Source of the DNA: Escherichia coli
Lineage (GTDB): Bacteria; Pseudomonadota; Gammaproteobacteria; Enterobacterales; Enterobacteriaceae
Reading direction: 5' to 3' (one strand)
Assembly (NCBI RefSeq): GCF_003334385.1
Contig: NZ_QOWN01000049.1
DNA length: 33,115 nucleotides
Positions 17,048 through 25,515 of the stretch are shown here, one piece after another; position 1 is the first letter of the stretch, and every line of letters begins with the position of its first letter. The position numbers and the translations under genes are program-made. A model generated the notes under the pieces. That model worked only from the letters and a program-made list of their open reading frames with translations, made no database searches and was not told the origin of the DNA.

Positions 17048-17601
17048 AGTTCTCACCCGGCAATACACCACTGATTCAGACAGATGATTATCATCACCAC
17101 CCACCCCCAAAAATCGCAAGATAAAAAATGCACAAAAGCGCACGAAATTGCACAATTTTTCTTATGTGTTTCATCCCCATTCAGCCCAGTAACGGCGCTG
17201 GCTGAGGCCGGTTTGCACGGTGCACGAAAAACGAGGCAATTGCAGTGCGCAGGCGACGAGGGAAGGGCGCCCGAATTGAGGGGTGGAAGGCAGGTTGCTT
17301 TATTTGGGGTCGTATTGCGCGTGATACGCACGCAGTGAAGCCGGTTCTGAAAAAACCACACCGAAACAGAGTCAGAAAAACAGGCCGCCAGAATGCGTCT
17401 GGTTGAGTTTTACGGGGTCGGGATTAAATGCGGAAACATCACACCGCAGGCATGACGCGAAAAAGAGAAAAACCACAGCAAAACATAATGTTAAATGTTA
17501 TTGATGAGTTGAGAAGCGAAAGGTGTATTGCGTTGACAGAGCTGGAGAGTCGGGGCATAAATTTTTTATGCCCCGGCGAAGCAGCCGACAAGCGAAGCGC
17601 G

Positions 17602-18645
17602 TCAGCTGGCGCCATCCTGAAGCAGCGAATAGGGATTAAAGCGCATCACTTCAACCCCAAGCCATTCATTGACATGCTTCATCGCTTCCATGACCGGTTG
17701 CAACTCGTTGATGAAAAATACCCTCGCCGCCTTCTCAACGTCACCGAACGCCGCGTTCCCGTCAGGCATTGCCCCCATCAGCTGAGGCGGTACACGGTGA
17801 GCCGCAAGGATATCGTCGCGGGCACTCCCCTTGATGTTAAGGAATTCGTCCTTCGCGGTGATTTGCTGGAACGGCAGTATTTGCACACCATCCTTGCCGC
17901 CACCTGGCGCGTGCAGAAGGATATTGCGGAACGCCCCCTTGCCACGGGATTCCGTGAGTGTTTTCTTGATGGCTTCCACGCTTTCAGCGTTTGCCTGGGC
18001 GGCACCAACATAGACAATGCACCCGGCATGTGAACCGTTGTCATAGTAGAGCTTGCGGAACGTATCCGCTGAGTTCGACAGACTCACCGACAGCAACCCA
18101 CCGATATACTCCGGCATCCCGTAGATTTCCTGGTTGATATCGGGGTTCAGAACGTGGCACACAGCCCCCTTACGGAAAGCAAATTCAGAACCATCATCAT
18201 TGAGGTACCAGTACGTATCGAGATCACTGCCCCGCCGCGTGTATTTCGCCAGCGCAGGACGAAGCGCAATGGGTTCACCGAACTTGTTGCGGCGGACTTC
18301 AAGATAGGCATTACCGAACACGAACCAGTCCAGCGCAAACGCGGAAAACGCCTGGCGGGACAGTAGCGGATGAGGAACAAAGCAGCCGTTCAGGGCATTA
18401 CGCTTAAAATACAGGGCCGACTGGTGCCATGATGCACAACGCGAGGCGCGAGCAATGGCATTCCAGTCCATGGGGGTGTCATAGTAGCGGCCATTATCGG
18501 CGCACGACATGTTATCAAGCAGATCAAGACGGCTTGCTTCATAAGGACCGTCAAACGTGAAAGCACTGAGTGACGGCGCTGATTTCAGTGCATCAGCCAG
18601 TGAGCCCGTGCCGCGCTTTCCGGTGTATTTTTTACGTTTACTCAT
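17602..18645 (-). CDS. Q: Portal protein, P2 gpQ family
   Basis: 347 aa, size and position matching P2 Q; immediately followed on the same strand by the large terminase. Confidence 0.88.
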   Translation of the reverse strand: MSKRKKYTGKRGTGSLADALKSAPSLSAFTFDGPYEASRLDLLDNMSCADNGRYYDTPMDWNAIARASRCASWHQSALYFKRNALNGCFVPHPLLSRQAFSAFALDWFVFGNAYLEVRRNKFGEPIALRPALAKYTRRGSDLDTYWYLNDDGSEFAFRKGAVCHVLNPDINQEIYGMPEYIGGLLSVSLSNSADTFRKLYYDNGSHAGCIVYVGAAQANAESVEAIKKTLTESRGKGAFRNILLHAPGGGKDGVQILPFQQITAKDEFLNIKGSARDDILAAHRVPPQLMGAMPDGNAAFGDVEKAARVFFINELQPVMEAMKHVNEWLGVEVMRFNPYSLLQDGAS

Positions 18646-18650
18646 TGTGT

Positions 18651-20384
18651 TCAGAACTCCATTGCAAAGCCACGATTATCCTCACGCTCTGCGCCGATTG
18701 GCTCATTGATAACAGCAAGCATGGTTGCCCAGGCGAGATCACCATGACTGACACCGCGTGAGCGGTCAGTGTCATAGGTGATATAGCCGCCGGGCGTCTG
18801 TATTTTTCGCACCGATGCAAAGGCCTGTACCAGGTCGCGCTCGCTGCGGTCATACTCCCAGCGTCCGGCACGGACCACCTGAAGCATCTTCATGACCAGC
18901 GCCCGCTTTGAAGCGATATTAAAGTTATACGGAACAGCCAGGGGGAAGAATTTTTTCACTATCTGATAAACCCCTTCCCCGTTCCCGCCGGTGACATCAA
19001 TCCCGATATGCTTCACATTGTATTTTTGGGTGTACTCCTCAATCAGGGCGGCCTGCTGTTCAAACTCCATGCCCTGAACCCTGACGGTTTCCACCGTACG
19101 AAAACGCCCACCGGCAACAAGGGGTGGCACGCACACCGACAGCGCCCCGCAGTCCCCCTTCCCGCTGCTGCCGTTGGCGTCATACCCGAGCCAGACTTCC
19201 CTCACCCCCATAGGGCGGACAGCAAAAGGCTTCCAGTCCGGCCATTCGTCATAGCCATCAACACCGCACCCGACGAGCGTATTCAGACTGAAGGCTGCCT
19301 CACCATCACGGACAAATTCGCACATGTACAGATTGCGAAATTCACTTTCTGTATTTTCGCCGCGAATATCATCAATACTGGTGAACTGCCATCCGTTAGC
19401 GACAGCATCCTCAATGGTGACAATCTGCCGCCACGTTTTGTCGGGAAAGAGCACGCCCCTCTTCAGGTGAGCATGTGAAACATCAAACTCACTGCGTTTT
19501 GAGCGTGGCTGTTCGCTGTTCCAGCGGTCCCCCGTCCAGAACTGATACGCCTCATGCATTTCCCCCGACGGCGTCGAGAAGTAAGTGCGCGTAAGCCCTT
19601 CCAGGGTCGCCATTGCCCCGGCAACCTTCCTGAGGTTCACAAAGTTACTGACCCAGAAAAATTCGTCGAATTTAAGATGACCGGTATAGGACTGCGCGGT
19701 GGCAGCTGACGTACCGAGGAAGTGCAGCTCCGCGCCGTTGGACAGCACGATCTTGTCGCCCCCTTTCAGCTCAACATCCACTTCCAGCGCCGCCTGCTGA
19801 ATAAAATGCTTGAACTGATACGCCTGACGACGGGAGGCGGACAAAAATATCTGGTTGCGCTGATACCCGGCGGAGACGTCATCACGCAGTGCATCAAGGA
19901 GCGCCTCGCGCGCAAAATACCAGGTCGCACCAATCTGACGCGACTTCAGGATCATACGGTTGCGGTGGTGACGGTTTTCGTACCATTCACGTTGATGCCA
20001 CGCCAGCGTCGGGAGGATTTTTTCACGAAGCGCGACAATCTGTTCTTCGGTGAAGTGATTTTTCAGTCTGCGTTTACGGGGCTTTTTACCGGAAACGGCC
20101 TGTTCTCCCTGACCGTCATTCAGTTTTTTCAGCTGGCGCGTGAGAAGGTCAATTTCCTTAAAATCGCTGCCGCTTTTCTCTGTTTTTGTGGTGAGCTGGA
20201 TCAGGCGCGCATCAATGGACTGGGTGACCCGCTGGATCGGAGGTGTGGCATCCCACTCATCGCGTTTTTTCCATGAGTAAATCGTGTTCTGGCTGATCCC
20301 CATCAGTTGCGAGATTTCCGCAGGTGTGTACCCTTGCCAGTAAAGTTGTCTTGCCCTTATGCGGACAAATGCATCCTGAATCAT
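18651..20384 (-). CDS. P: Terminase large (ATPase) subunit, P2 gpP family
   Basis: N-terminal HTH-like segment (YTPAEISQLMGISQNTIYSWKKRDEWD) and size matching P2 P; ATG 20384 has an aggggg RBS; the in-frame ATG at 20429 (592 aa) is the alternative. Confidence 0.88.
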   Translation of the reverse strand: MIQDAFVRIRARQLYWQGYTPAEISQLMGISQNTIYSWKKRDEWDATPPIQRVTQSIDARLIQLTTKTEKSGSDFKEIDLLTRQLKKLNDGQGEQAVSGKKPRKRRLKNHFTEEQIVALREKILPTLAWHQREWYENRHHRNRMILKSRQIGATWYFAREALLDALRDDVSAGYQRNQIFLSASRRQAYQFKHFIQQAALEVDVELKGGDKIVLSNGAELHFLGTSAATAQSYTGHLKFDEFFWVSNFVNLRKVAGAMATLEGLTRTYFSTPSGEMHEAYQFWTGDRWNSEQPRSKRSEFDVSHAHLKRGVLFPDKTWRQIVTIEDAVANGWQFTSIDDIRGENTESEFRNLYMCEFVRDGEAAFSLNTLVGCGVDGYDEWPDWKPFAVRPMGVREVWLGYDANGSSGKGDCGALSVCVPPLVAGGRFRTVETVRVQGMEFEQQAALIEEYTQKYNVKHIGIDVTGGNGEGVYQIVKKFFPLAVPYNFNIASKRALVMKMLQVVRAGRWEYDRSERDLVQAFASVRKIQTPGGYITYDTDRSRGVSHGDLAWATMLAVINEPIGAEREDNRGFAMEF

Positions 20385-20451
20385 TGACGCCCCCTTGCTG
20401 TTTGATCTCAAGAGTAAACGCCCGCGCATTCATCCAGGTATCCGGTGCCAT

Positions 20452-20469
20452 TGTCGCCACGCTCTTACA
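20452..20469. promoter_or_regulatory. Late-promoter activator site (TGT-N12-ACA dyad) in the divergent P/O region
   Basis: tgtcgccacgctcttaca in the 112-157 bp P-O intergenic region; P2 late promoters carry a TGT-N12-ACA element near -55 recognised by Ogr/Delta-type activators (established knowledge); spacing fits a start site ~27 nt before O. Confidence 0.5.
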
Positions 20470-20541
20470 ACATCGCCGCCTTGAGGCGCAGCCATCCCCT
20501 TATCATCATGAAGAAAAGCAACCCACAGAAAGGGGATTTAC

Positions 20542-21378
20542 ATGGCAAGTAAAAACGCGCCAGTACGGAAAAAATTCCGCGTCGCCGTCTCGGGCACCAC
20601 CATCGACGGGCGTGAGATTTCGGGGCTGATGTTGCGTCAGGCCGCTGAGAATTACGACCCGGAAGTGTGGGGGTCACGGGTGAACGTGGAGCACATGCTT
20701 TCACGTATGCCATCCAGTGAATTCAGTGCCGTGGGCGATGTGATTTCACTGTCCACCGAAGAAATCACGGAAGGCAAGCTGGCCGGTCGCACCGCACTGT
20801 ATGCCGAAATAGAGCCAACCCACCGTATGACGGAGATGTTGCGAGACGGCAAGAAAATCTACTCAAGCATTGAGCTTGAACCCAACATTGATGCCGTTGG
20901 CGGCCCTTACGTAATTGGCCTGGCAATGACCGATACCCCGGCAAGTCTCGGCACTGAACGACTGAAGTTTGCCGCCCAGCAGCGCGCCAGCATCATGCAG
21001 TTCAACAGCCGCAGCGGTGAGCCAGTCATGTTCACCGAATGTATGGAAGCGGAACTCGCGGCCTCCGTACAGGACAGCACCGAAGAAAGCCAGAAATGGT
21101 TTTCGCGCGTCATGGCGCTCATCAGTAAAACCCGTGACACGGACAGCGAGCAGTTCGCTCACGTGCGCGAAGCCGTCGAGAGCATTGCCACGGAACAGGC
21201 CGGCCTTCTGGATCGCTTCCATGCGATGGAAGAGCAACAGCGCAGTGATAAGGCATCACTGGAAACCCTGACCCGCGAACTGACTGAACTGAAGGCGCAG
21301 CTGAAAACCGAAGATGCAGACAAGGAACAGCGCTTTGCTTCAACCGGTGGCAACAGCCACGCCCTGGCTGATTTTTAA
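20542..21378 (+). CDS. O: Capsid scaffolding protein, P2 gpO family
   Basis: 278 aa; position between terminase and major capsid; acidic coiled-coil-like C-terminus; ggggattt RBS. Confidence 0.88.
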   Translation: MASKNAPVRKKFRVAVSGTTIDGREISGLMLRQAAENYDPEVWGSRVNVEHMLSRMPSSEFSAVGDVISLSTEEITEGKLAGRTALYAEIEPTHRMTEMLRDGKKIYSSIELEPNIDAVGGPYVIGLAMTDTPASLGTERLKFAAQQRASIMQFNSRSGEPVMFTECMEAELAASVQDSTEESQKWFSRVMALISKTRDTDSEQFAHVREAVESIATEQAGLLDRFHAMEEQQRSDKASLETLTRELTELKAQLKTEDADKEQRFASTGGNSHALADF

Positions 21379-21393
21379 CAGAGGAACAAAATC

Positions 21394-22488
21394 ATGGGAA
21401 ACCGCTTAACGCTTTCTCGCGAAGGCCGCAGCAATCTTGAGGCCTATCTTGCACGCCAGGCTGAACTGGCCGAAACCACCGTAGAACGACTGGGGAAAAC
21501 CTTCAGCGTTGATCCGGCTGTTCATCAGAAGATGGAAAACGCCATCAAAGAGAGCGACGAGCTGCTGAAAAGAATCAACAGCATCGGCGTTGACGATCAG
21601 GAGGGTGAAAAAGTCCTGGTGAATACCAGCGGCCCCATCGCCAGCACCAACTCAACCAGTGACGGCGTGAAGCGACGCAATCCCGCTGACGTCTCTGATC
21701 TGGCATCACGTCGTTATCGCTGCGAACAGGTGAACTACGACACCTTCATCAGCTACGCACAGATTGACGCGTGGAGCAGCCAGAAAAACTTCCAGCAACT
21801 GCTGAGTGCACAAATCACCCGACAGATTGCACTGGACCGTATCATGATTGGCTTTAACGGTGAGTCGCACGCCATCATCTCCGATCGTTCTGCCAACCCG
21901 AAACTTCAGGACGTTAACACCGGGTGGCTGAAACACATCCGTGAACACGCCACGACGCGTGTCGTGAAGGCAATGACGCTGACCCGTCGCGATCATGAAA
22001 ACAAACTGGTTGCAAAAGGCGACTACGGCAACGCTGACGCGATGGTTAACGACATTCGCTCTTCCATACTGGATGAGTGGCACAAGGACGCCCCGGATCT
22101 GGTTGTTGTCATGGGCCGCAACCTGTTCAACACGCTGCGTCTGCCTATGATTAACGCCATCAGCACCACCAACCCGAACACGGAGCTGGTCGCCGGACAG
22201 CTGATTACAGCCTCCCGCACCATTGGCGCGCTGCCAACCTTCTTTGCGCCGTACTTCCCGGACGATGCCATGCTGATCACGTCGTTCAGCAACCTTTCGG
22301 TCTACTTCCAGAAAGGGTCACTGCGTCGCTTCATCCGTGAAGAGCCGGAGTACAACCGTATCGCCACCTACCAGTCCATGAACGACTGCTACGTGGTGGA
22401 AGACTACGGCAAGTGCGCACTGATTGAGGGCATTTCTTTCGCCGGTGAAGATCCGGAAGACAAGAAAGAGGCAGAAGCACAGGCGTAA
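21394..22488 (+). CDS. N: Major capsid protein, P2 gpN family
   Basis: 364 aa; blocks such as DPDLVVVMGRNLF, PYFPDDAMLITSFSNLSVY and YVVEDYGKCALIEGI parallel P2 N as recalled; aggaac RBS. Confidence 0.9.
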   Translation: MGNRLTLSREGRSNLEAYLARQAELAETTVERLGKTFSVDPAVHQKMENAIKESDELLKRINSIGVDDQEGEKVLVNTSGPIASTNSTSDGVKRRNPADVSDLASRRYRCEQVNYDTFISYAQIDAWSSQKNFQQLLSAQITRQIALDRIMIGFNGESHAIISDRSANPKLQDVNTGWLKHIREHATTRVVKAMTLTRRDHENKLVAKGDYGNADAMVNDIRSSILDEWHKDAPDLVVVMGRNLFNTLRLPMINAISTTNPNTELVAGQLITASRTIGALPTFFAPYFPDDAMLITSFSNLSVYFQKGSLRRFIREEPEYNRIATYQSMNDCYVVEDYGKCALIEGISFAGEDPEDKKEAEAQA

Positions 22489-22496
22489 CGCATTAT

Positions 22497-22516
22497 GGCG
22501 GGCACATGTGCCCGCC
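22497..22516 (+). terminator. Perfect 20-bp GC-rich palindrome downstream of the capsid gene (hairpin / attenuator candidate)
   Basis: ggcgggcacatgtgcccgcc is its own reverse complement, 9 nt after the N stop; no strong T-tract follows, so it may be a partial terminator or processing element. Confidence 0.35.
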
Positions 22517-22537
22517 GGTTAATCAGGAGTCGAATAC

Positions 22538-23347
22538 ATGCTGACACCGGCACAACGATACCTTCAGCGCGTGATGGCGCATCATCGGGCTGATCCATTC
22601 AGTCGCGAAGAGCAGCGAACACGAACGGCACATGAACAGGTTCTTCACCAGTTACGCCTCGCCCAGTTGCAGCTGAAGGGCGTGCAGTCGAACATCGCGA
22701 AAGCGGAGCTGAAGAAGCACCTGATACCGAATTTTGAAGGCTGGATAGACGGCACGCTGGCAGGCGACAGCGGACGCCAGGACGAAGTCATTACCACCAT
22801 GATGGTGTGGGCAATTGACTGCCGGGATTATCCGCTGGCACTGCGTATCGGTGAGTACGTCATTCGTCACCGGCTGGCACTGCCGGACAACTTCGGGCGC
22901 GATTCGGCGACCGTGCTCACCGAAGAAATTGCCGAAGTTGTGCTGACAGAAGCCGCCACCAACAGCGAAACCGACTTATCCGGCTATATCCGTATGCTGG
23001 ACGAGCTGGATGCACTGGTTCACGACCAGGACATGCCGGATCAGGTTCGTGCAAAACTACATAAGGCGCGGGCATTTTCACGGCGCGCATCAGGCAGTAC
23101 GGAAGACATGACTGTGTCACTTGGTCTGCTGCGTGAAGCTATGCGCATCAATCCGGCAGCAGGCGTGAAGCGTGAAATCGCCACGCTGGCCAGAAAGGTA
23201 TCAAAGGTTCAGCCGGAACCGGAAAAACCGGCAGAAGAGAAAAGTAAATCGAAAGCAACATCAGGGCGCAAAAAGCCGACTACAAAAGCGACGGCCAGAA
23301 AAGCCACGAAAAAAACCGCCGCAAAACCGTCGCGCAAGGCGACCTGA
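22538..23347 (+). CDS. M: Terminase small (endonuclease) subunit, P2 gpM family, with Lys/Ala/Thr-rich C-terminal tail
   Basis: Position and ~245-aa core consistent with P2 M; caggag RBS; C-terminal ~50 aa are low-complexity basic (KSKSKATSGRKKPTTKATARKATKKTAAKPSRKAT). Confidence 0.8.
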   Translation: MLTPAQRYLQRVMAHHRADPFSREEQRTRTAHEQVLHQLRLAQLQLKGVQSNIAKAELKKHLIPNFEGWIDGTLAGDSGRQDEVITTMMVWAIDCRDYPLALRIGEYVIRHRLALPDNFGRDSATVLTEEIAEVVLTEAATNSETDLSGYIRMLDELDALVHDQDMPDQVRAKLHKARAFSRRASGSTEDMTVSLGLLREAMRINPAAGVKREIATLARKVSKVQPEPEKPAEEKSKSKATSGRKKPTTKATARKATKKTAAKPSRKAT

Positions 23348-23455
23348 TAACACCGGACCCGACCTCGTCGGCAGGCGGCGCGACCGGTGATCTGATCGCT
23401 GACTCCCGGTCATTTTCACCGGTCGCCCACCGCCTGATCTACAGGAGAAGACATC

Positions 23456-23950
23456 ATGAGCATGGTAGCCAGACCCCGTGTGAACGACGCCACGGATGAC
23501 ACGACAGACACCGACGACGGAGAAGCGCGCATCAGTACAGACGCGTTCTGGCCGGATATCGTGCTGAAAGAGCTGCGCCTTGCCATGCGCATTCCCGGGC
23601 GCACCACCACGTCACGTCTGCTGCATTCGGCCACCGAAGCTGTGGCACACGTAACGGCAGAGCTTGACACCTGGAAACAGAAACAGGAGGCGGCGGGACG
23701 GTCGACACTGGCGGACGTTCCGGCAGCACACATCAACGGTGAGAGCGTGAACGTGCACCGGTATCGACGCGCGGTGTATGCACTGACCCGCGCGGGCGTT
23801 CTTGAGCGTTCGCGGGATGTGGACACCACCGACAAAGGTGATCGCCGGGCCGATGCGCTGGACATGCAGATTGAAGATATGTGGCGCGATGCACGCTGGG
23901 CAATATCCGATATTCGCGGCGTCAGACGGATTTATGCGGAGCTGATTTAA
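23456..23950 (+). CDS. L: Head completion/stabilisation protein, P2 gpL family
   Basis: 164 aa at the gpL position; ggaga RBS; stop overlaps the X start. Confidence 0.8.
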   Translation: MSMVARPRVNDATDDTTDTDDGEARISTDAFWPDIVLKELRLAMRIPGRTTTSRLLHSATEAVAHVTAELDTWKQKQEAAGRSTLADVPAAHINGESVNVHRYRRAVYALTRAGVLERSRDVDTTDKGDRRADALDMQIEDMWRDARWAISDIRGVRRIYAELI

Positions 23951-24150
23951 TGAAGGTAACCGCGCATGACGGCGACACCGTTGACTTACTCTGCCAGCGT
24001 CATTACGGCATGACAAAGGGCGTGACAGAGCGCGTTCTGGCTGCCAATCCGGGGCTGAGTAACACGGTATTCCTCACTGCCGGGCAGGAAGTTGAATTAC
24101 CGGAAATCACACAGGAAAAACAGCGCGAAACCGTTCAGTTGTGGGATTGA
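23950..24150 (+). CDS. X: Tail protein X (LysM-like), P2 gpX family
   Basis: 66 aa (MKVTAHDGDTVDLLCQRHYG...) at the gpX position between L and the holin. Confidence 0.78.
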   Translation: MKVTAHDGDTVDLLCQRHYGMTKGVTERVLAANPGLSNTVFLTAGQEVELPEITQEKQRETVQLWD

Positions 24151-24152
24151 TT

Positions 24153-24443
24153 ATGTTTCAGAGAATTTACGACCACATTACGTTTTTCACATCCGTCATG
24201 GTCACCGGTATAGGGGTTATGACGCTGAGCGAGAAGATGGCGCTGGCAGGACTGATTCTGGGGGCGCTTTCACTGCTGCGCGGATGGATGCACAGAACAC
24301 GTATGGAGCAGGCACAGGAGCGGCGCAATGAGCTTATTGCACGCATTGCCGACCAGATGCAGCACCGACCACTAAAAGGCAGCGAGAAGCGCGCTCTGGA
24401 AGCCCTGAATGCAGACGGGGAATCACATGCCAGGACAGATTAA
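24153..24443 (+). CDS. Y: Holin (two predicted TM helices)
   Basis: 96 aa with hydrophobic segments ITFFTSVMVTGIGVMTL and MALAGLILGALSLL and a charged C-terminus; immediately upstream of the endolysin. Confidence 0.65.
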   Translation: MFQRIYDHITFFTSVMVTGIGVMTLSEKMALAGLILGALSLLRGWMHRTRMEQAQERRNELIARIADQMQHRPLKGSEKRALEALNADGESHARTD

Positions 24444-24966
24444 ACGCTATGCCGTTGCCGCCATCGTGGCGCTGGGTTTTTCGCTGGCCCCCGGGGAGCT
24501 GAGAACCTCACAGGAGGCACAGGAAAAAATTGCCACCTGGGAAGAGTGTCGGGCATTCCCGTACAGGGATATCGCTGGCGTGAAAACAGTGGGTTGTGGC
24601 TCAACGGGAAACGTCCCCGACCGCCACCATACCAAACAGGAAGTTGCCGGTCGATGGGTGAACGATTTACGACGGGCGGAGAACTGCATCAATCAGAATT
24701 TCAATGGCCGCGACATGCCACAGCGCCACTTTGAGGCAATGACGGATGCTGCCTTTAATCTGGGGTGCAAAGGCCTGATGTGGTTTAAGGGGCGTGACGG
24801 GAGGATGCACAGAACAACCATCTGGAAGTTCGCTCAGGGAAAGAACTGGAGCGCAATGTGCGGCAGGCTGACGGATTTTGTGAACAGCGGCGGACGCTAT
24901 TCACAGGGGCTGTTTAACCGGCGCAATGACTTCAGGAACTGGTGTATGAACGGAGTGAAGCAATGA
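24409..24966 (+). CDS. K: SAR endolysin (GH24 T4-type lysozyme domain with N-terminal signal-anchor-release segment)
   Basis: N-terminal weakly hydrophobic YAVAAIVALGFSLA followed by a catalytic E-x8-D-x5-T pattern (EECRAFPYRDIAGVKT); the alternative start ATG 24427 has the better RBS. Confidence 0.82.
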   Translation: MQTGNHMPGQIKRYAVAAIVALGFSLAPGELRTSQEAQEKIATWEECRAFPYRDIAGVKTVGCGSTGNVPDRHHTKQEVAGRWVNDLRRAENCINQNFNGRDMPQRHFEAMTDAAFNLGCKGLMWFKGRDGRMHRTTIWKFAQGKNWSAMCGRLTDFVNSGGRYSQGLFNRRNDFRNWCMNGVKQ

Positions 24967-25397
24967 AAACACCTGCCGTGTTGCTCTGGTTTCTTGCCAC
25001 CCTGTTGCTTTGTGGCCTGACAGGCTGGGAAGCATACCGCAAAGGGAAGGAAAGTCTCGGACGGGAACAGATGATGGACATCATAGAGGACAACCGCGCC
25101 GCCATGCAGGAAGTTCGCCATGCATACACAGACTTTTCCAGGGTGATAAACGTGATCCGCATTCTGGACCAGCAACGGATCACAGAAGGAGAGCAACGAC
25201 GTGAAGAAATGCAAAAAGCCGTGCAGGGCGACACGTGTGCCAGCGCTTATCCTCCCGCTGCTGTTACTGAGCGGTTGCAGCAACACGCCGCACACGTTGA
25301 AAACCAGACTCGTTTACGAGCCGGTGCCGACAGTTCTGACAAGGCAGACCCCGGTTCCGGCACTGGAAATACCCGTGACATGGTACAGGGTGACTGA
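24963..25397 (+). CDS. i-spanin (Rz/LysB-like inner-membrane spanin)
   Basis: N-terminal TM (AVLLWFLATLLLCGL) then charged coiled-coil-like region; ATGA overlap with the endolysin stop; embedded o-spanin ORF in another frame. Confidence 0.7.
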   Translation: MKTPAVLLWFLATLLLCGLTGWEAYRKGKESLGREQMMDIIEDNRAAMQEVRHAYTDFSRVINVIRILDQQRITEGEQRREEMQKAVQGDTCASAYPPAAVTERLQQHAAHVENQTRLRAGADSSDKADPGSGTGNTRDMVQGD

Positions 25398-25512
25398 ATG
25401 GAGCGATCGGCTACTGGAAGCACTCGACACATGCAACGCAGACAAGGCTGCGATCGCCTGGCTGGATAAACAAAGAGCAGAACGGGCGCAAGATGCGCCC
25501 CATCAGGAGTAA
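25201..25512 (+). CDS. o-spanin (Rz1/LysC-like outer-membrane lipoprotein)
   Basis: GTG start after ggagag RBS; lipoprotein signal with lipobox LLLLSGC; overlaps the 3' end of the i-spanin gene out of frame. Confidence 0.6.
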   Translation: MKKCKKPCRATRVPALILPLLLLSGCSNTPHTLKTRLVYEPVPTVLTRQTPVPALEIPVTWYRVTEWSDRLLEALDTCNADKAAIAWLDKQRAERAQDAPHQE

Positions 25513-25515
25513 ACG

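Noticed and set aside
17574-17592. Second cos-like 19-mer (ggcgaagcagccgacaagc)
   Set aside because: Only about 10 of 19 matches to the recalled P2 cos sequence; weaker than the 17252 candidate and it overlaps the region just 3' of Q.
17428-18033. 201-aa plus-strand ORF overlapping the cos region and the 3' end of portal gene Q
   Set aside because: Antisense to Q over most of its length and begins in the non-coding cos region; no RBS.
19008-20276. Plus-strand ORFs (156 and 184 aa) inside the large terminase gene
   Set aside because: Antisense to a clearly recognisable terminase.
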